A stretch of DNA of 64,000 nucleotides from an uncultured Acidimicrobiales bacterium (GCA_938023735.1 CALJDK010000109.1:11125-75124); one strand, 5' to 3'. Positions 25,829 to 35,256 are shown, counted from the stretch's first letter. A program made the numbers and translations. The notes: generated by a model from the sequence alone, not told the origin.

Positions 25829-26640
25829 CCAACGGTGCAACCTTGGCTGATGCGCTGGGGTGGACGGTCGAACGCTTGGCGCCGACGCTTGGCGCGCGAG
25901 TCACCGGGGCCAACCTTGCCGAACTCACCGACGATGTTGTTGCCGCGATGCAACAGCTCCTCGGCGAATACCTGGTGCTGGCATTCGATGCGCAGACCCT
26001 TACTCCTGATGAGCATGTGGCCATCGGCCAGGTGTTTGGAACGCCCTATCTGCACCCCTACCTCAAGCCGGTTCCCGAGCACCCGGCCATCCTCGAGGTC
26101 ATCAAAGAGGCCGACGACATCGCCACCTTTGGCGGCGAGTACTGGCATGCCGACATCACGTTTGAAGACCCTCCCGCATCGGCATCGGTGTTGTACGCCC
26201 GCGAGCTTCCGCCGCTCGGCGGCGACACGCTGTTCGCCAACCAACAGTTCGCATTCGCCACGCTTTCGCCCACCATGCAGGAGCGGTTGCGGAACCTGCG
26301 AGCGGTGCACCTCTACCCAGGGATGAGCGAAGACGACCCGCAAGCGATGGCAACCCACGACGTCATACGCCACAATCCGCGCAACGGCGCCGACAGCCTC
26401 TACGTGAACGCGGCGTTTGTCAGCCGGTTCGACGGTATGACCCAACAAGAGAGCGCCGGGCTGCTCGAGTTTCTCTTTGCCCACCAAGTCCGCCCCGAGG
26501 GGTCACTCCGCCTCCAATGGTCCGACGACATGGTGGCCATCTGGGACAACGGCTCGGTGATTCACTACGCCACGAACGACTACCCCGGCCACCGCCGCGA
26601 ACTCCGAAGAGTCACCGCAATGGAACAACCAAAGCCCTAA
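25825..26640 (+). CDS. TauD/TfdA-family Fe(II)/2-oxoglutarate dioxygenase
   Basis: GGEYWHADITFEDPPASASVLYARELPPLGGDTLFAN (HxD facial-triad region) and a distal H in IWDNGSVIHYA. ATGA overlap with the FAD oxidoreductase stop. Confidence 0.8.
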   Translation: MTNGATLADALGWTVERLAPTLGARVTGANLAELTDDVVAAMQQLLGEYLVLAFDAQTLTPDEHVAIGQVFGTPYLHPYLKPVPEHPAILEVIKEADDIATFGGEYWHADITFEDPPASASVLYARELPPLGGDTLFANQQFAFATLSPTMQERLRNLRAVHLYPGMSEDDPQAMATHDVIRHNPRNGADSLYVNAAFVSRFDGMTQQESAGLLEFLFAHQVRPEGSLRLQWSDDMVAIWDNGSVIHYATNDYPGHRRELRRVTAMEQPKP

Positions 26641-26647
26641 AGGACCC

Positions 26648-26714
26648 AAACCCCCGAACCAGTACCGTATTTGGGGGCTGTGCCCCGCGCTGGCGGTACT
26701 GGTTCGGGGTTTTT
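26648..26714. terminator. Bidirectional hairpin terminator between convergent genes
   Basis: AAACCCCCGAACCAGTACCG ... CGGTACTGGTTCGGGGTTT form a stem of about 19 bp with one bulge, enclosing an inner GGGGC/GCCCC stem. A T5 run follows on the + strand. Confidence 0.7.
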
Positions 26715-26719
26715 GCGTG

Positions 26720-28366
26720 TTAGCCGCTGGAGGCGGAGTAGTTTCCGGTTGGCACGATGCAGGTGTTCTGATCGTCGAAGGCTTTGTCTTCGCCGAAGCC
26801 ACATGGCCAAGTCCAGTTGGTCTCCTGAACCGCTCGGAACATTCCGGCCTGACCATCGACAATGGCGGGGATCATGTCGTTGGTATCGGCGGGTCCAAGG
26901 TTGGCAATGGCGTCAAGAATTGATTCGGGTGTTGGGTTGTCACCGGCATGGTAGAGAACCCGGGCCATCACGCGAACCTGCGCACAGATGGTTGCCACCA
27001 TTCCGGCAGCCGATCCGTCTTCGGTGCTGAAGTAATCGTGCAAGGGTCCGCCCTGCTCGTTGTAGGTATTGAGGCACAGCTCATTGAATGGCGGAAGCAC
27101 CGCACCGTCGGTGTTGTTCTGGCCGGTATAGGCGCTATCGCTCAAGAAGGCGCCGTTGTACATCTCAGCAGCAGCATCGCCACCAAATGCCTTCACCTTC
27201 GACGACACCAAGTCGCCATTCTGGCTGTTGATCGACGAGTTGAAGAACTGCACATCACCCACTGCAAAGCCCTGCGTAACCATCTCGGAGATGTACCCGG
27301 GAAGCGACAAGATGTTAAGGCCCGGGAACAAGGCATCGACGCCGGCCGCCTTCATGTTGGCCACGCTGTCTTGAAGACCCTCGGTGCACGATGTTGCACC
27401 ACCGCATCCAATCACGTCGGAAACTGCAACCTCGTATCCGAATTCGTTCAGCACCTCTTCCACCGTCGCGAACTCCTCAGCGATACCTGGGGTATCTGGC
27501 GTTACCAGACCAATGGTCTTGCCTTCGAGAAGTCCAGCGGCATCGGCCTGCGTCACAAGATCGCGCAATGCGGTGATCTGCGACGGGAACGCCGTGATGA
27601 GGCGACCCTGACTGCGTTCGTAAAATTCGGCCGGGAGACCTTGCGTCGTAATGAGCGGCGTCTCATGCTCCTCGGTGACGCAGAACACCGCCGAACCCTG
27701 GAATCCGGTGGAGTTCATCACGATGACCGAGTTGTTGTCTTCGGTGAGCTCGAGACAAGCGCCGGTGAGTTCTGCCACCGAGTCGGGCGCCAGCGGGCTC
27801 GACTCGGCCGTCTTTAGATCGAGCGTGCGGCCCCGAATGGTGCACTCGTTGAGAGCGTTCACCAAGAACTCGAACTGCTCGGCCACGTCGCCGACCTCGA
27901 CACCAAAGCCGATCGCGGCAAGCTCTTCGAGTGTGCTTCGTAGATGGCCGACCTCGATGGTGTCTTCGGTAATGCCATCCATACTTGCGGTTCGACCCTC
28001 GGCTGCCGGGTGCTCCTGGCAGAACTCGTCGAGGCTGCTGAATGGGTCGGTACTGCGATCGAAGCTGGCCTGAAAGTCGGCAAAGAGTGGGATGCCATGC
28101 GGGTCTTCGGCGAAGACCGGCTCGGAATCAGCCATTGCTTCTTCACCCTCTTGATCATCGTCGTCGCTGCCAGCCGGCGCCTCGGTGGTGGCGGGCTCGT
28201 CTTCCGGCTCCTCATCGGTGCCCTCGCCGCCGCCGCTGTCTCCTCCACCGCTATCGGCCTCGACCTGATCGTCGTCGGTCGACGTGCTCTCGCCCGAACA
28301 GGCTGAGGCGAACAGTGCGAAGGCCGTCAGCGCAATCAGAAAACGCATCACCAGTGAACGCTTCAT
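26720..28366 (-). CDS. ABC substrate-binding lipoprotein B (LivJ-type, divergent from A) with an acidic linker
   Basis: ATG at 28366 preceded by GAGGGGGAAG. Lipobox FALFASAC, then a ~80-aa D/E/G-rich linker. The overall size and position mirror SBP A. Confidence 0.6.
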   Translation of the reverse strand: MKRSLVMRFLIALTAFALFASACSGESTSTDDDQVEADSGGGDSGGGEGTDEEPEDEPATTEAPAGSDDDDQEGEEAMADSEPVFAEDPHGIPLFADFQASFDRSTDPFSSLDEFCQEHPAAEGRTASMDGITEDTIEVGHLRSTLEELAAIGFGVEVGDVAEQFEFLVNALNECTIRGRTLDLKTAESSPLAPDSVAELTGACLELTEDNNSVIVMNSTGFQGSAVFCVTEEHETPLITTQGLPAEFYERSQGRLITAFPSQITALRDLVTQADAAGLLEGKTIGLVTPDTPGIAEEFATVEEVLNEFGYEVAVSDVIGCGGATSCTEGLQDSVANMKAAGVDALFPGLNILSLPGYISEMVTQGFAVGDVQFFNSSINSQNGDLVSSKVKAFGGDAAAEMYNGAFLSDSAYTGQNNTDGAVLPPFNELCLNTYNEQGGPLHDYFSTEDGSAAGMVATICAQVRVMARVLYHAGDNPTPESILDAIANLGPADTNDMIPAIVDGQAGMFRAVQETNWTWPCGFGEDKAFDDQNTCIVPTGNYSASSG

Positions 28367-28555
28367 AATCTTCCCCCTCAAATAGGATTTGTGACCAATG
28401 TCATTACCTAACCGGCAAGGTAGCCCAACGCGATCCCCCAGCGCAGATCGCGATCGCCACATTTGATTCAGAGGAGTGGTTGGCACCAAGATCATGGCGG
28501 CCCGTGGGCATACGCTCCGGGCCGGGGGACAACCAAGGGGAACGAGACTCACGCA

Positions 28556-30793
28556 ATGAGTGCTGAGGAACCAGACCAAAGCGCCGGCTCACTCGCGCAG
28601 ACGGTATTGGTCGAAGAGGCGCGCCGTCAGGCCACCCAGGCCGAGCGCGACGAGCGAACCATCCTTCCCGACGATCTGCTTCCCGGCGTCGGCGACGAGC
28701 CGATGTCGGTGAAGGAGGCCATGACCGTCGGCGGCAAAAAGATGCTCGTCTTCATGTTTCTGCTCAACGTCATCGACGACCTCCCACGTGCTATCCGCGT
28801 CATCGCCCCCGACATCCAGAACACCTTCAACCTCACCGACACCACACTCACCGGGGTGCTCTCGTTCGGCGGTGTTGCGCTCGTCGCCGGCGCCGTGCCC
28901 ATGGCCGGCCTCGCCGACCGCATCAAGCGGGTCACCATCATTCCGTTCGCGTCGATGTTCTGGGCAGCCACCATGTTCCTCACCGCCTTCGTGATCAATC
29001 CGTTCCAGCTGTTCATGACCAACGCGTTCACCGGCGCAGGGCAGGCGTACCGAATTCCGGTGTCCAACTCGCTGCTCACCGACGCCTACCCGGTGCAGGC
29101 CCGCAGTCAGATCTTTGCCCTCGAAGGAATTGGGCGACCGCTCGGCCAGCTTCTCGGACCGCTGATCGTGGGCGGCGTCGCTGCCATCGCTGGCGGCGAC
29201 GAAGGATGGCGCTGGGTCTTCGTTGTTCTCGCGGTCCCGCCCGTGCTCGTTGGATTGGCTTCCTTCCGGCTCAAAGAACCGCGCCGTGGTCACTTCGACC
29301 AGAAGGCCATCCTCGGCACCACCGACCCGGGGTATGACGACATCCTCTACGACTACGACGACGACGACAACGCCGAAGAAGAGCTTCCCGTCAGTGTGAG
29401 CCAAGCGTTCGCCCGTCTCGGCAAAGTACGTGCCTTCTACTACCTGGCCGTCGGCGTTGGCGTTCTCGGCTTTGCGCTTATCGCCGTGCCGCTCCAGTTC
29501 AACCTGCTCCTCGAGAGCAAGTACAGCATGGGCCCCCTGCGGCGCGGCGTCGTTGAATCGTTGATTTGGATCATCACGATTCCGATTCTTCCGTTCGTCG
29601 GCAAGCTCCTCGACAAGAAGTTCCGTGAAGATCCTCCCGCCATGATGCGCCTGGCCGGCTACTTCGTGATCCTCTCGGGCGTGCTCTACGCGATCGGGCT
29701 ACCTCTCAAGCCCATCGGCCCGCTCGTCGTATTCATCGCTCTCGCCCAGGCAGCCATCGCCGCAGCGTTCGTTGCCGCCGGGCCAATCATCGCTGCGGTA
29801 TCACCGTTTCGAATTCGAGCCCAAGCGTTTGCCTTCCTCCCCCTCTTCATTTTCCTCATGGGTGGGTTCTTTGGCGGCCTCATCGTTGGTCAGCTCTCGG
29901 ACGCATTCGGCAACCGCACGGCCATGCTCACGGTTGCGCCACCATCGGCGCTCATCGGCGGCCTTCTCATAATCTACGGCTCGCGCTTCATTCGAAGCGA
30001 CATTTCGGTAGCGGTCGAAGAGCTCATCGAAGAGCGCGATGAAGTCGAAAACATGATCCAGAACCCCGACGACATCCCGGTGATTCAGGTTCGCAACCTC
30101 GACTTCTCGTACGGACTTGTGCAGGTGTTGTTCGACGTTGGCTTTGAGGTACACGAAGGCGAGGTCGTTGCCCTGCTCGGCACCAACGGCGCCGGAAAGT
30201 CGACCATCATCCGAGCCATCAGCGGTCTCGGCACGCCCGACCGAGGTGTGATTCGACTCAACGGTCGCACCATCACCTACACCGATGCTGAACGCCGATT
30301 CCATGAAGGCATCGTGCAGCTCCGTGGCGGCGCAGGAATCTTCCCCGACCTCACCATCGGCGACAACCTCAAAGCAGCGGTACTCGGATCGAAGCTCGAG
30401 AAAGACGACACCGAGGCTCGCATGGCCGAAGCCGTCCAGCGGTTCCCGGCGCTCGATGGACGACTCGGCGAACGCGCCGGCGACCTGTCTGGCGGACAGC
30501 AACAGATGCTTGCTCTGGCCATGGCGCTCATGCACAAGCCCGAGATCCTCATCATCGACGAACTGTCGCTGGGTCTGGCGCCACTTGTGGTGCAGCAGCT
30601 GCTCGAGGTCATCGAGGAACTCAAGGCCGAAGGAATGACCATGCTCATCGTGGAGCAGTCGGTCAACATCGCCCTCTCATTGGCCGATCGGGCCGTGTTT
30701 GTCGAGAAGGGCGTAGTTCGCTTCGAAGGCAACGCCGCTGAGCTCGCCGAACGCGACGACTTGGCCGAAGCGGTCTTCCTGGGCGGCCACTGA
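28556..30793 (+). CDS. ABC importer chain B1: 12-TM MFS-fold domain fused to a LivF-like ATPase
   Basis: Close paralogue of 20746-23031, sharing blocks such as FTGAGQAYRIPVSNSLLTDAYPVQARSQIFALEG. The NBD carries GTNGAGKST, LSGGQQQ and IIDELSLGLAP. Confidence 0.8.
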   Translation: MSAEEPDQSAGSLAQTVLVEEARRQATQAERDERTILPDDLLPGVGDEPMSVKEAMTVGGKKMLVFMFLLNVIDDLPRAIRVIAPDIQNTFNLTDTTLTGVLSFGGVALVAGAVPMAGLADRIKRVTIIPFASMFWAATMFLTAFVINPFQLFMTNAFTGAGQAYRIPVSNSLLTDAYPVQARSQIFALEGIGRPLGQLLGPLIVGGVAAIAGGDEGWRWVFVVLAVPPVLVGLASFRLKEPRRGHFDQKAILGTTDPGYDDILYDYDDDDNAEEELPVSVSQAFARLGKVRAFYYLAVGVGVLGFALIAVPLQFNLLLESKYSMGPLRRGVVESLIWIITIPILPFVGKLLDKKFREDPPAMMRLAGYFVILSGVLYAIGLPLKPIGPLVVFIALAQAAIAAAFVAAGPIIAAVSPFRIRAQAFAFLPLFIFLMGGFFGGLIVGQLSDAFGNRTAMLTVAPPSALIGGLLIIYGSRFIRSDISVAVEELIEERDEVENMIQNPDDIPVIQVRNLDFSYGLVQVLFDVGFEVHEGEVVALLGTNGAGKSTIIRAISGLGTPDRGVIRLNGRTITYTDAERRFHEGIVQLRGGAGIFPDLTIGDNLKAAVLGSKLEKDDTEARMAEAVQRFPALDGRLGERAGDLSGGQQQMLALAMALMHKPEILIIDELSLGLAPLVVQQLLEVIEELKAEGMTMLIVEQSVNIALSLADRAVFVEKGVVRFEGNAAELAERDDLAEAVFLGGH

Positions 30794-33639
30794 TGCTTCA
30801 CTCGCTCGCTTCCACCTTCACCCTGGCCATTGAGATATCGCAACAGAGCGTTCTGGTCGGCCTGGTCACCGGCCTCGCCTACGCCGCGCTCGCCGCTGGC
30901 TTCGTGCTGGTGTACCGGTCGACCGGCGTGCTCAACTTCGCCCACGCCGAAACCGGCGCCCTCTGCGTCGGCGTGTTCCTTTACCTGCTGGTCAACGTCA
31001 ACCTCAACTGGTGGGTGGCGTACGTCTTGGCGGTGTTGCTTGGTGGGTTCATCGGGTTATGTACCGAACTCATCGTGGTGCGGCGCCTCTTTCACGCGCC
31101 CCGACTCGTCTTGCTCATCGCCACCATCGGCGTGGCGCAGCTGCTGACGTTCATCAAGTTCAACCTGCCGACGGTTTCGTCGCCGGGCCCGATCCCACTT
31201 CCCTTCAGTCGGGTGTTCGAGCCCACATCGAGTCTTCGTATCCTGCCCCGCGAATACGTGGTGCTCATCGTTATCCCCCTCGTCATCCTTGCCCTCGCCT
31301 GGTTCCTGGGTCGTACCCGGTTTGGTCTTGCCGTGCGAGCTACAGCCTCGAACGGCGATACCGCTCGGGTGTATGGAACCAGCCCAAAAACCACCTCCAC
31401 GATCGTCTGGGTCATTGGTGGTTGCCTCGCCGCCGCCACGGCAATCTTGTTCGCTCCGTACACAATCAGCAACGCAGCAGCCGCAGGCACGTCGGCGCTC
31501 GGCGCAAGTCTGTTGCTTCGAGCGGTCACCGTTGGCCTTATCGCCCGGATGCAATCGCTGCCCTTGGTACTGGTGGGCGGACTAGCGGTTGGCCTCATCG
31601 AACAGATCGTTGCCAACAACTCCAGCCGTCGAGCCGTCGATGTCTACCTGTTCATCGCCGTGCTCATCGTGGTGTTGTTTGTCAAGCGGTCGCGTACCGA
31701 AGACGCCAGTTGGTCGCTCTCACCACAGCTGCGGCCGGTACCCCATCGCCTGAAGGACGTCCTTTGGGTAAAGCACTTCAACCTCATCGGGTTCGGGTTG
31801 CTGTTCGGGGCCTTTGCGTTGTTCGGGTTGATCGTCGACAGCAACTCGCAGCTCTTCACCTGGACCGGCATCCTCGTCACCGCCATCGTTGTTGTTTCCC
31901 TCTCGCTCCTTACCGGCTGGGCCGGACAGCTTTCGCTCGGCCAGTTCGCGTTTGTCGGCCTGGGCGCCATGACGATGGTGACCTTCACGCAGGGCAACGA
32001 GCTGCCGTTCATCGAGTACGCCTTCACCATGTCGTGGGGCCTCGCGCTGGTGTTTTCGGTCATCGTTGGAGTGGTGGCCGCAATCATCATTGGAATCCCG
32101 GCGCTGCGGGTGAAAGGCCTGTTCCTGGCCGTCGCCACCCTGGCGTTCGCCATCGCCGCAGCCAACTGGATTCTGCTGCGCGACGTGTTTACTGGCGGAA
32201 GCACCACCACCCGCCCCGTCGCCAAACCTGTCCTCGGTCCCATCGACTTGGGCGAGTCTCGCAAGGCCTACTTCTTCTTCTGCCTGCTGTGTCTCATCCT
32301 CGTGTCGGCGCTGGTATCGAGAATTCGCCGCACAGGCATTGGTCGAAACCTCATTGCGGTTCGCGAAAACGAACAGGCGGCTGCGGCCGTCACCGTAAAT
32401 CCGAACCGGGTAAAGCTCATCGCTTTCGCGCTGTCGGGCGGAATCGCCGCCTTCGCTGGCGCCCTGTTCATCACCCTCAACTCGGCCATCCAGCCCGCTT
32501 CGGTGTTTGGCCCCGACAAGTCGATTCAGGTCATCACCATCGCCATCATCGGCGGGCTCGGCTCGGTGGCCGGCCCGGTACTTGGCGCCCTTTGGGTTGT
32601 CGGACTGCCCTCGTTCTGGGACGACCCACCCGGCGTCATCGTGCTACTCACCAGCAGCATCGGCCTGCTGATACTCCTCATGTACTTCCCCGGTGGAATC
32701 CAGCAATTGGTGTACACCGCTCGCGATGCCATCCTCGCGGCCGCCGACCGGAGCCGCGGCGAACCCGAGCTTCCCGAGCGCCGAGTGGTCCACGCACTTC
32801 CCACCCGCACCACCGGAGCTATCGATCTTCCCCCTGGCGTGCCAGCGCTGAAGACCGAAGGCGTCAGCGTGCAGTTCGGTGGCAACCGGGCCGTCAACGA
32901 TGTGGCCTTCCACGTAATGCCCAACGAGCTCGTCGGACTCATCGGTACCAACGGTGCGGGCAAGTCGACGCTGCTCAACGCGGTAAGCGGATTCGTGCCG
33001 TCCACCGGCAGCATCGAAGTATTGGGCAACGAGGTCAACAACCTTTCCGCTCACAAGCGCCACGAGATGGGTCTTGGCCGAGGCTTCCAGGCCGCCAAGC
33101 TCTACCCCGACCTCACCGTTCGCGAAACGCTGATGGTGGCGCTCGAAGCCCGCGAGTCAACCAAGCTTGTGCCCACGCTTCTTGGGTTCCCCAGCGCTCG
33201 AGCCTCGGAGCGTCGCAAGCGCAGCGAAGCCGATGACATCATCGACTTTCTGGGTCTCGGCCACTTCTCCGAGAGCTACGTTGCCGCGCTATCCACCGGT
33301 ACTCGTCGCATCGTCGAACTCGGCGGACTCCTTGCCGTCGACGCTCAGGTGCTGCTGCTCGATGAGCCAACCGGTGGTGTTGCCCAGAAGGAGACCGAGG
33401 CGTTCGGGCCGCTCATTCGGCGCATTCAGCAAGAACTTCAGGCTGCCGTAGTGGTCATCGAACACGACATGCCGTTGGTAATGAGCATCAGCGATCGGGT
33501 GTACTGCCTGGAGTCAGGCGAGGTCATTGCCGAGGGCGCACCCGAGGATGTCCGAAGCGACCCGCTGGTGATTTCGTCGTACCTCGGAACCGACACTCGT
33601 GCCATCGAACGAAGCGACCAGAGCGCCACCACCACCTAA
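30793..33639 (+). CDS. ABC importer chain B2: fused LivH-like TMD + LivM-like TMD + LivG-like ATPase
   Basis: VLVYRSTGVLNFAHAE, GWAGQLSLGQFAFVGLGAM, and an NBD with GTNGAGKST, LSTGTRRIVEL and LLDEPTGGVA. TGATG overlap with B1. Confidence 0.85.
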   Translation: MLHSLASTFTLAIEISQQSVLVGLVTGLAYAALAAGFVLVYRSTGVLNFAHAETGALCVGVFLYLLVNVNLNWWVAYVLAVLLGGFIGLCTELIVVRRLFHAPRLVLLIATIGVAQLLTFIKFNLPTVSSPGPIPLPFSRVFEPTSSLRILPREYVVLIVIPLVILALAWFLGRTRFGLAVRATASNGDTARVYGTSPKTTSTIVWVIGGCLAAATAILFAPYTISNAAAAGTSALGASLLLRAVTVGLIARMQSLPLVLVGGLAVGLIEQIVANNSSRRAVDVYLFIAVLIVVLFVKRSRTEDASWSLSPQLRPVPHRLKDVLWVKHFNLIGFGLLFGAFALFGLIVDSNSQLFTWTGILVTAIVVVSLSLLTGWAGQLSLGQFAFVGLGAMTMVTFTQGNELPFIEYAFTMSWGLALVFSVIVGVVAAIIIGIPALRVKGLFLAVATLAFAIAAANWILLRDVFTGGSTTTRPVAKPVLGPIDLGESRKAYFFFCLLCLILVSALVSRIRRTGIGRNLIAVRENEQAAAAVTVNPNRVKLIAFALSGGIAAFAGALFITLNSAIQPASVFGPDKSIQVITIAIIGGLGSVAGPVLGALWVVGLPSFWDDPPGVIVLLTSSIGLLILLMYFPGGIQQLVYTARDAILAAADRSRGEPELPERRVVHALPTRTTGAIDLPPGVPALKTEGVSVQFGGNRAVNDVAFHVMPNELVGLIGTNGAGKSTLLNAVSGFVPSTGSIEVLGNEVNNLSAHKRHEMGLGRGFQAAKLYPDLTVRETLMVALEARESTKLVPTLLGFPSARASERRKRSEADDIIDFLGLGHFSESYVAALSTGTRRIVELGGLLAVDAQVLLLDEPTGGVAQKETEAFGPLIRRIQQELQAAVVVIEHDMPLVMSISDRVYCLESGEVIAEGAPEDVRSDPLVISSYLGTDTRAIERSDQSATTT

Positions 33640-33749
33640 CCAGCCCTCCCATAGCCGACGGCAAGTTTCGGCGGCCGAGTCATGTCGGGCCCGCGGTTCA
33701 CAACCGACCGGATGCAGGCTCGTAATCCGCAATCTGCTTCGGTTGAAGA

Positions 33750-35168
33750 ATGACTCCAGAGGAATTCCGGGTCGCCGGACACCAACTGATCGACTGGATC
33801 GCCGACTCCCGCGCGACCGTTCACGAAAAGCCTGTCCTAGCCCAGGTTGTCCCGGGCGAGATCCGGTCACGGTTCGAGTCCGAGGCTCCCGGCGACGTCG
33901 TATCGTTCGACGCGCTGCTGGCCGAACTCGACAACTCCGTTGTCCCCGGAGTCACCCAGGTCCAGAGCCCTATGCACTTTGGCTGGTTCCCCTCCAACGC
34001 GAGCCTTTCGTCGGTACTCGGCGATATCGCATCGTCGGGAATCGCATCGCTCGGCATCTCGTGGGAGAGCAGTCCGGCGCTGACCGAGGTTGAAGAGGTC
34101 GTCTGCGATTGGATGCGCCAACTCACCGGCTTGTCCGATGCCTGGCAGGGTGCGATTCACGACACCGCATCAACGGGTTGCCTGGTAGCCATGCTCGTCG
34201 CCCGCGAGCGGGCAACTGAGCTCGCGCAAAACACCGGCGGACTCCAAGGTCTGTCCCAACCACTCATGGTGTACACCAGCCCGCAGGCCCACTCGTCGGT
34301 GGCGAAAGCAGCACTGCTTGCCGGATTCGGTTGGGACAACATCCGGATGGTCGATGTCGACCCCGACACCTTCGCCATGAACGCAGAGTCGTTGGCCAAA
34401 CTCATGGAGGCCGATGCCGCGGCCGGCAAGGTTCCCGCCTGCGTAGTTGCCGCAGTCGGCACCACCGGCACCACTGCGATGGACCCGGTAGCCGCCATCG
34501 TCGACGCGGCCGCCAAGCATCGAGCGTTCGTGCATGTCGACGCTGCTATGGCTGGCACCGCAATGCTCCTGCCCGAATGCCGTCACCTCTGGGAAGGTGT
34601 GGAGCGCTCCGATTCGATCTCGTGGAACCCGCATAAATGGATGGGCACCATTCTCGATTGCTCGCTGCTGTACATGCGCGACATCGACCTGCTCCAGCGC
34701 ATCATGGCCACCAACCCGGCGTACCTGCAATCGCCCACCGGCGACGAGGCCACGCAGTATCGCGACTGGGGAATCCCCCTTGGCCGACGGTTCCGGTCGC
34801 TCAAGCTGCTGTTTCAACTTCGTCTCGACGGTATCGAAGCAATCCAGGCCCGAATTCGGCGCGACCTGGCCAACGCCAAGTGGTTCGAGGAGAAAGTTCG
34901 AGCGGCTGATGGTTGGGAGGTAGTCGCCCCCGTCGATCTACAAACGGTGTGTGTTCGCTACTACCCCGACGGCATGTCCGAAGGCGCCGAACTCGACGAG
35001 TTCACCCAAGGCTGGGCCCGCGCTATCAACGCATCGGGCAAAGCCTTCCTCACCGCATCAACTCTGCCAGACGGCTGGATGGTGCGGGTATCGATAGGCG
35101 TCGAGGCAACCGAGCGTCAACACTTGGAAGACCTCTGGACCCTCATGCAGGCAGCAGTCGCGTCCTAG
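33750..35168 (+). CDS. Group II PLP-dependent decarboxylase (aromatic-L-amino-acid decarboxylase-like)
   Basis: FRVAGHQLIDWIADS N-terminus, HVDAAMAG, and the PLP-lysine motif SWNPHKWMGTILDCSLLY. Confidence 0.8.
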   Translation: MTPEEFRVAGHQLIDWIADSRATVHEKPVLAQVVPGEIRSRFESEAPGDVVSFDALLAELDNSVVPGVTQVQSPMHFGWFPSNASLSSVLGDIASSGIASLGISWESSPALTEVEEVVCDWMRQLTGLSDAWQGAIHDTASTGCLVAMLVARERATELAQNTGGLQGLSQPLMVYTSPQAHSSVAKAALLAGFGWDNIRMVDVDPDTFAMNAESLAKLMEADAAAGKVPACVVAAVGTTGTTAMDPVAAIVDAAAKHRAFVHVDAAMAGTAMLLPECRHLWEGVERSDSISWNPHKWMGTILDCSLLYMRDIDLLQRIMATNPAYLQSPTGDEATQYRDWGIPLGRRFRSLKLLFQLRLDGIEAIQARIRRDLANAKWFEEKVRAADGWEVVAPVDLQTVCVRYYPDGMSEGAELDEFTQGWARAINASGKAFLTASTLPDGWMVRVSIGVEATERQHLEDLWTLMQAAVAS

Positions 35169-35169
35169 C

Positions 35170-35191
35170 CCGTACATTGACCGTACATTGT
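35170..35191 (+). promoter_or_regulatory. Tandem 11-bp direct repeat CCGTACATTGA/CCGTACATTGT upstream of the sulfite reductase gene
   Basis: Two adjacent copies start 2 nt after the decarboxylase stop and about 110 bp before the ATG at 35303. A possible regulator site. Confidence 0.3.
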
Positions 35192-35256
35192 GACGCATTT
35201 GTCCTTAAACCCGACCTGTTGGGTTGTATTTAGCAACGCGCGTTCTCTACGCTGAT

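Noticed and set aside
28446-28455. GATCGCGATC palindrome in the divergent promoter of ABC system B as an operator
   Set aside because: It is a short, low-complexity palindrome expected by chance in GC-rich DNA. It has no counterpart in system A and no resemblance to the CTGAC-N5-GTCAG dyad.
31011-33236. 741-aa + strand ORF overlapping the fused permease-ATPase gene B2 in another frame
   Set aside because: It is extremely Arg/Pro/Gly/His-rich with no domain signature. The alternative frame (30793-33639) encodes complete LivH/LivM/LivG motifs.
33871-33881. GGTTCGAGTCC, a tRNA T-arm/T-loop-like string
   Set aside because: It lies inside the decarboxylase CDS, where it encodes RFES. No acceptor, D or anticodon stems can be drawn around it.
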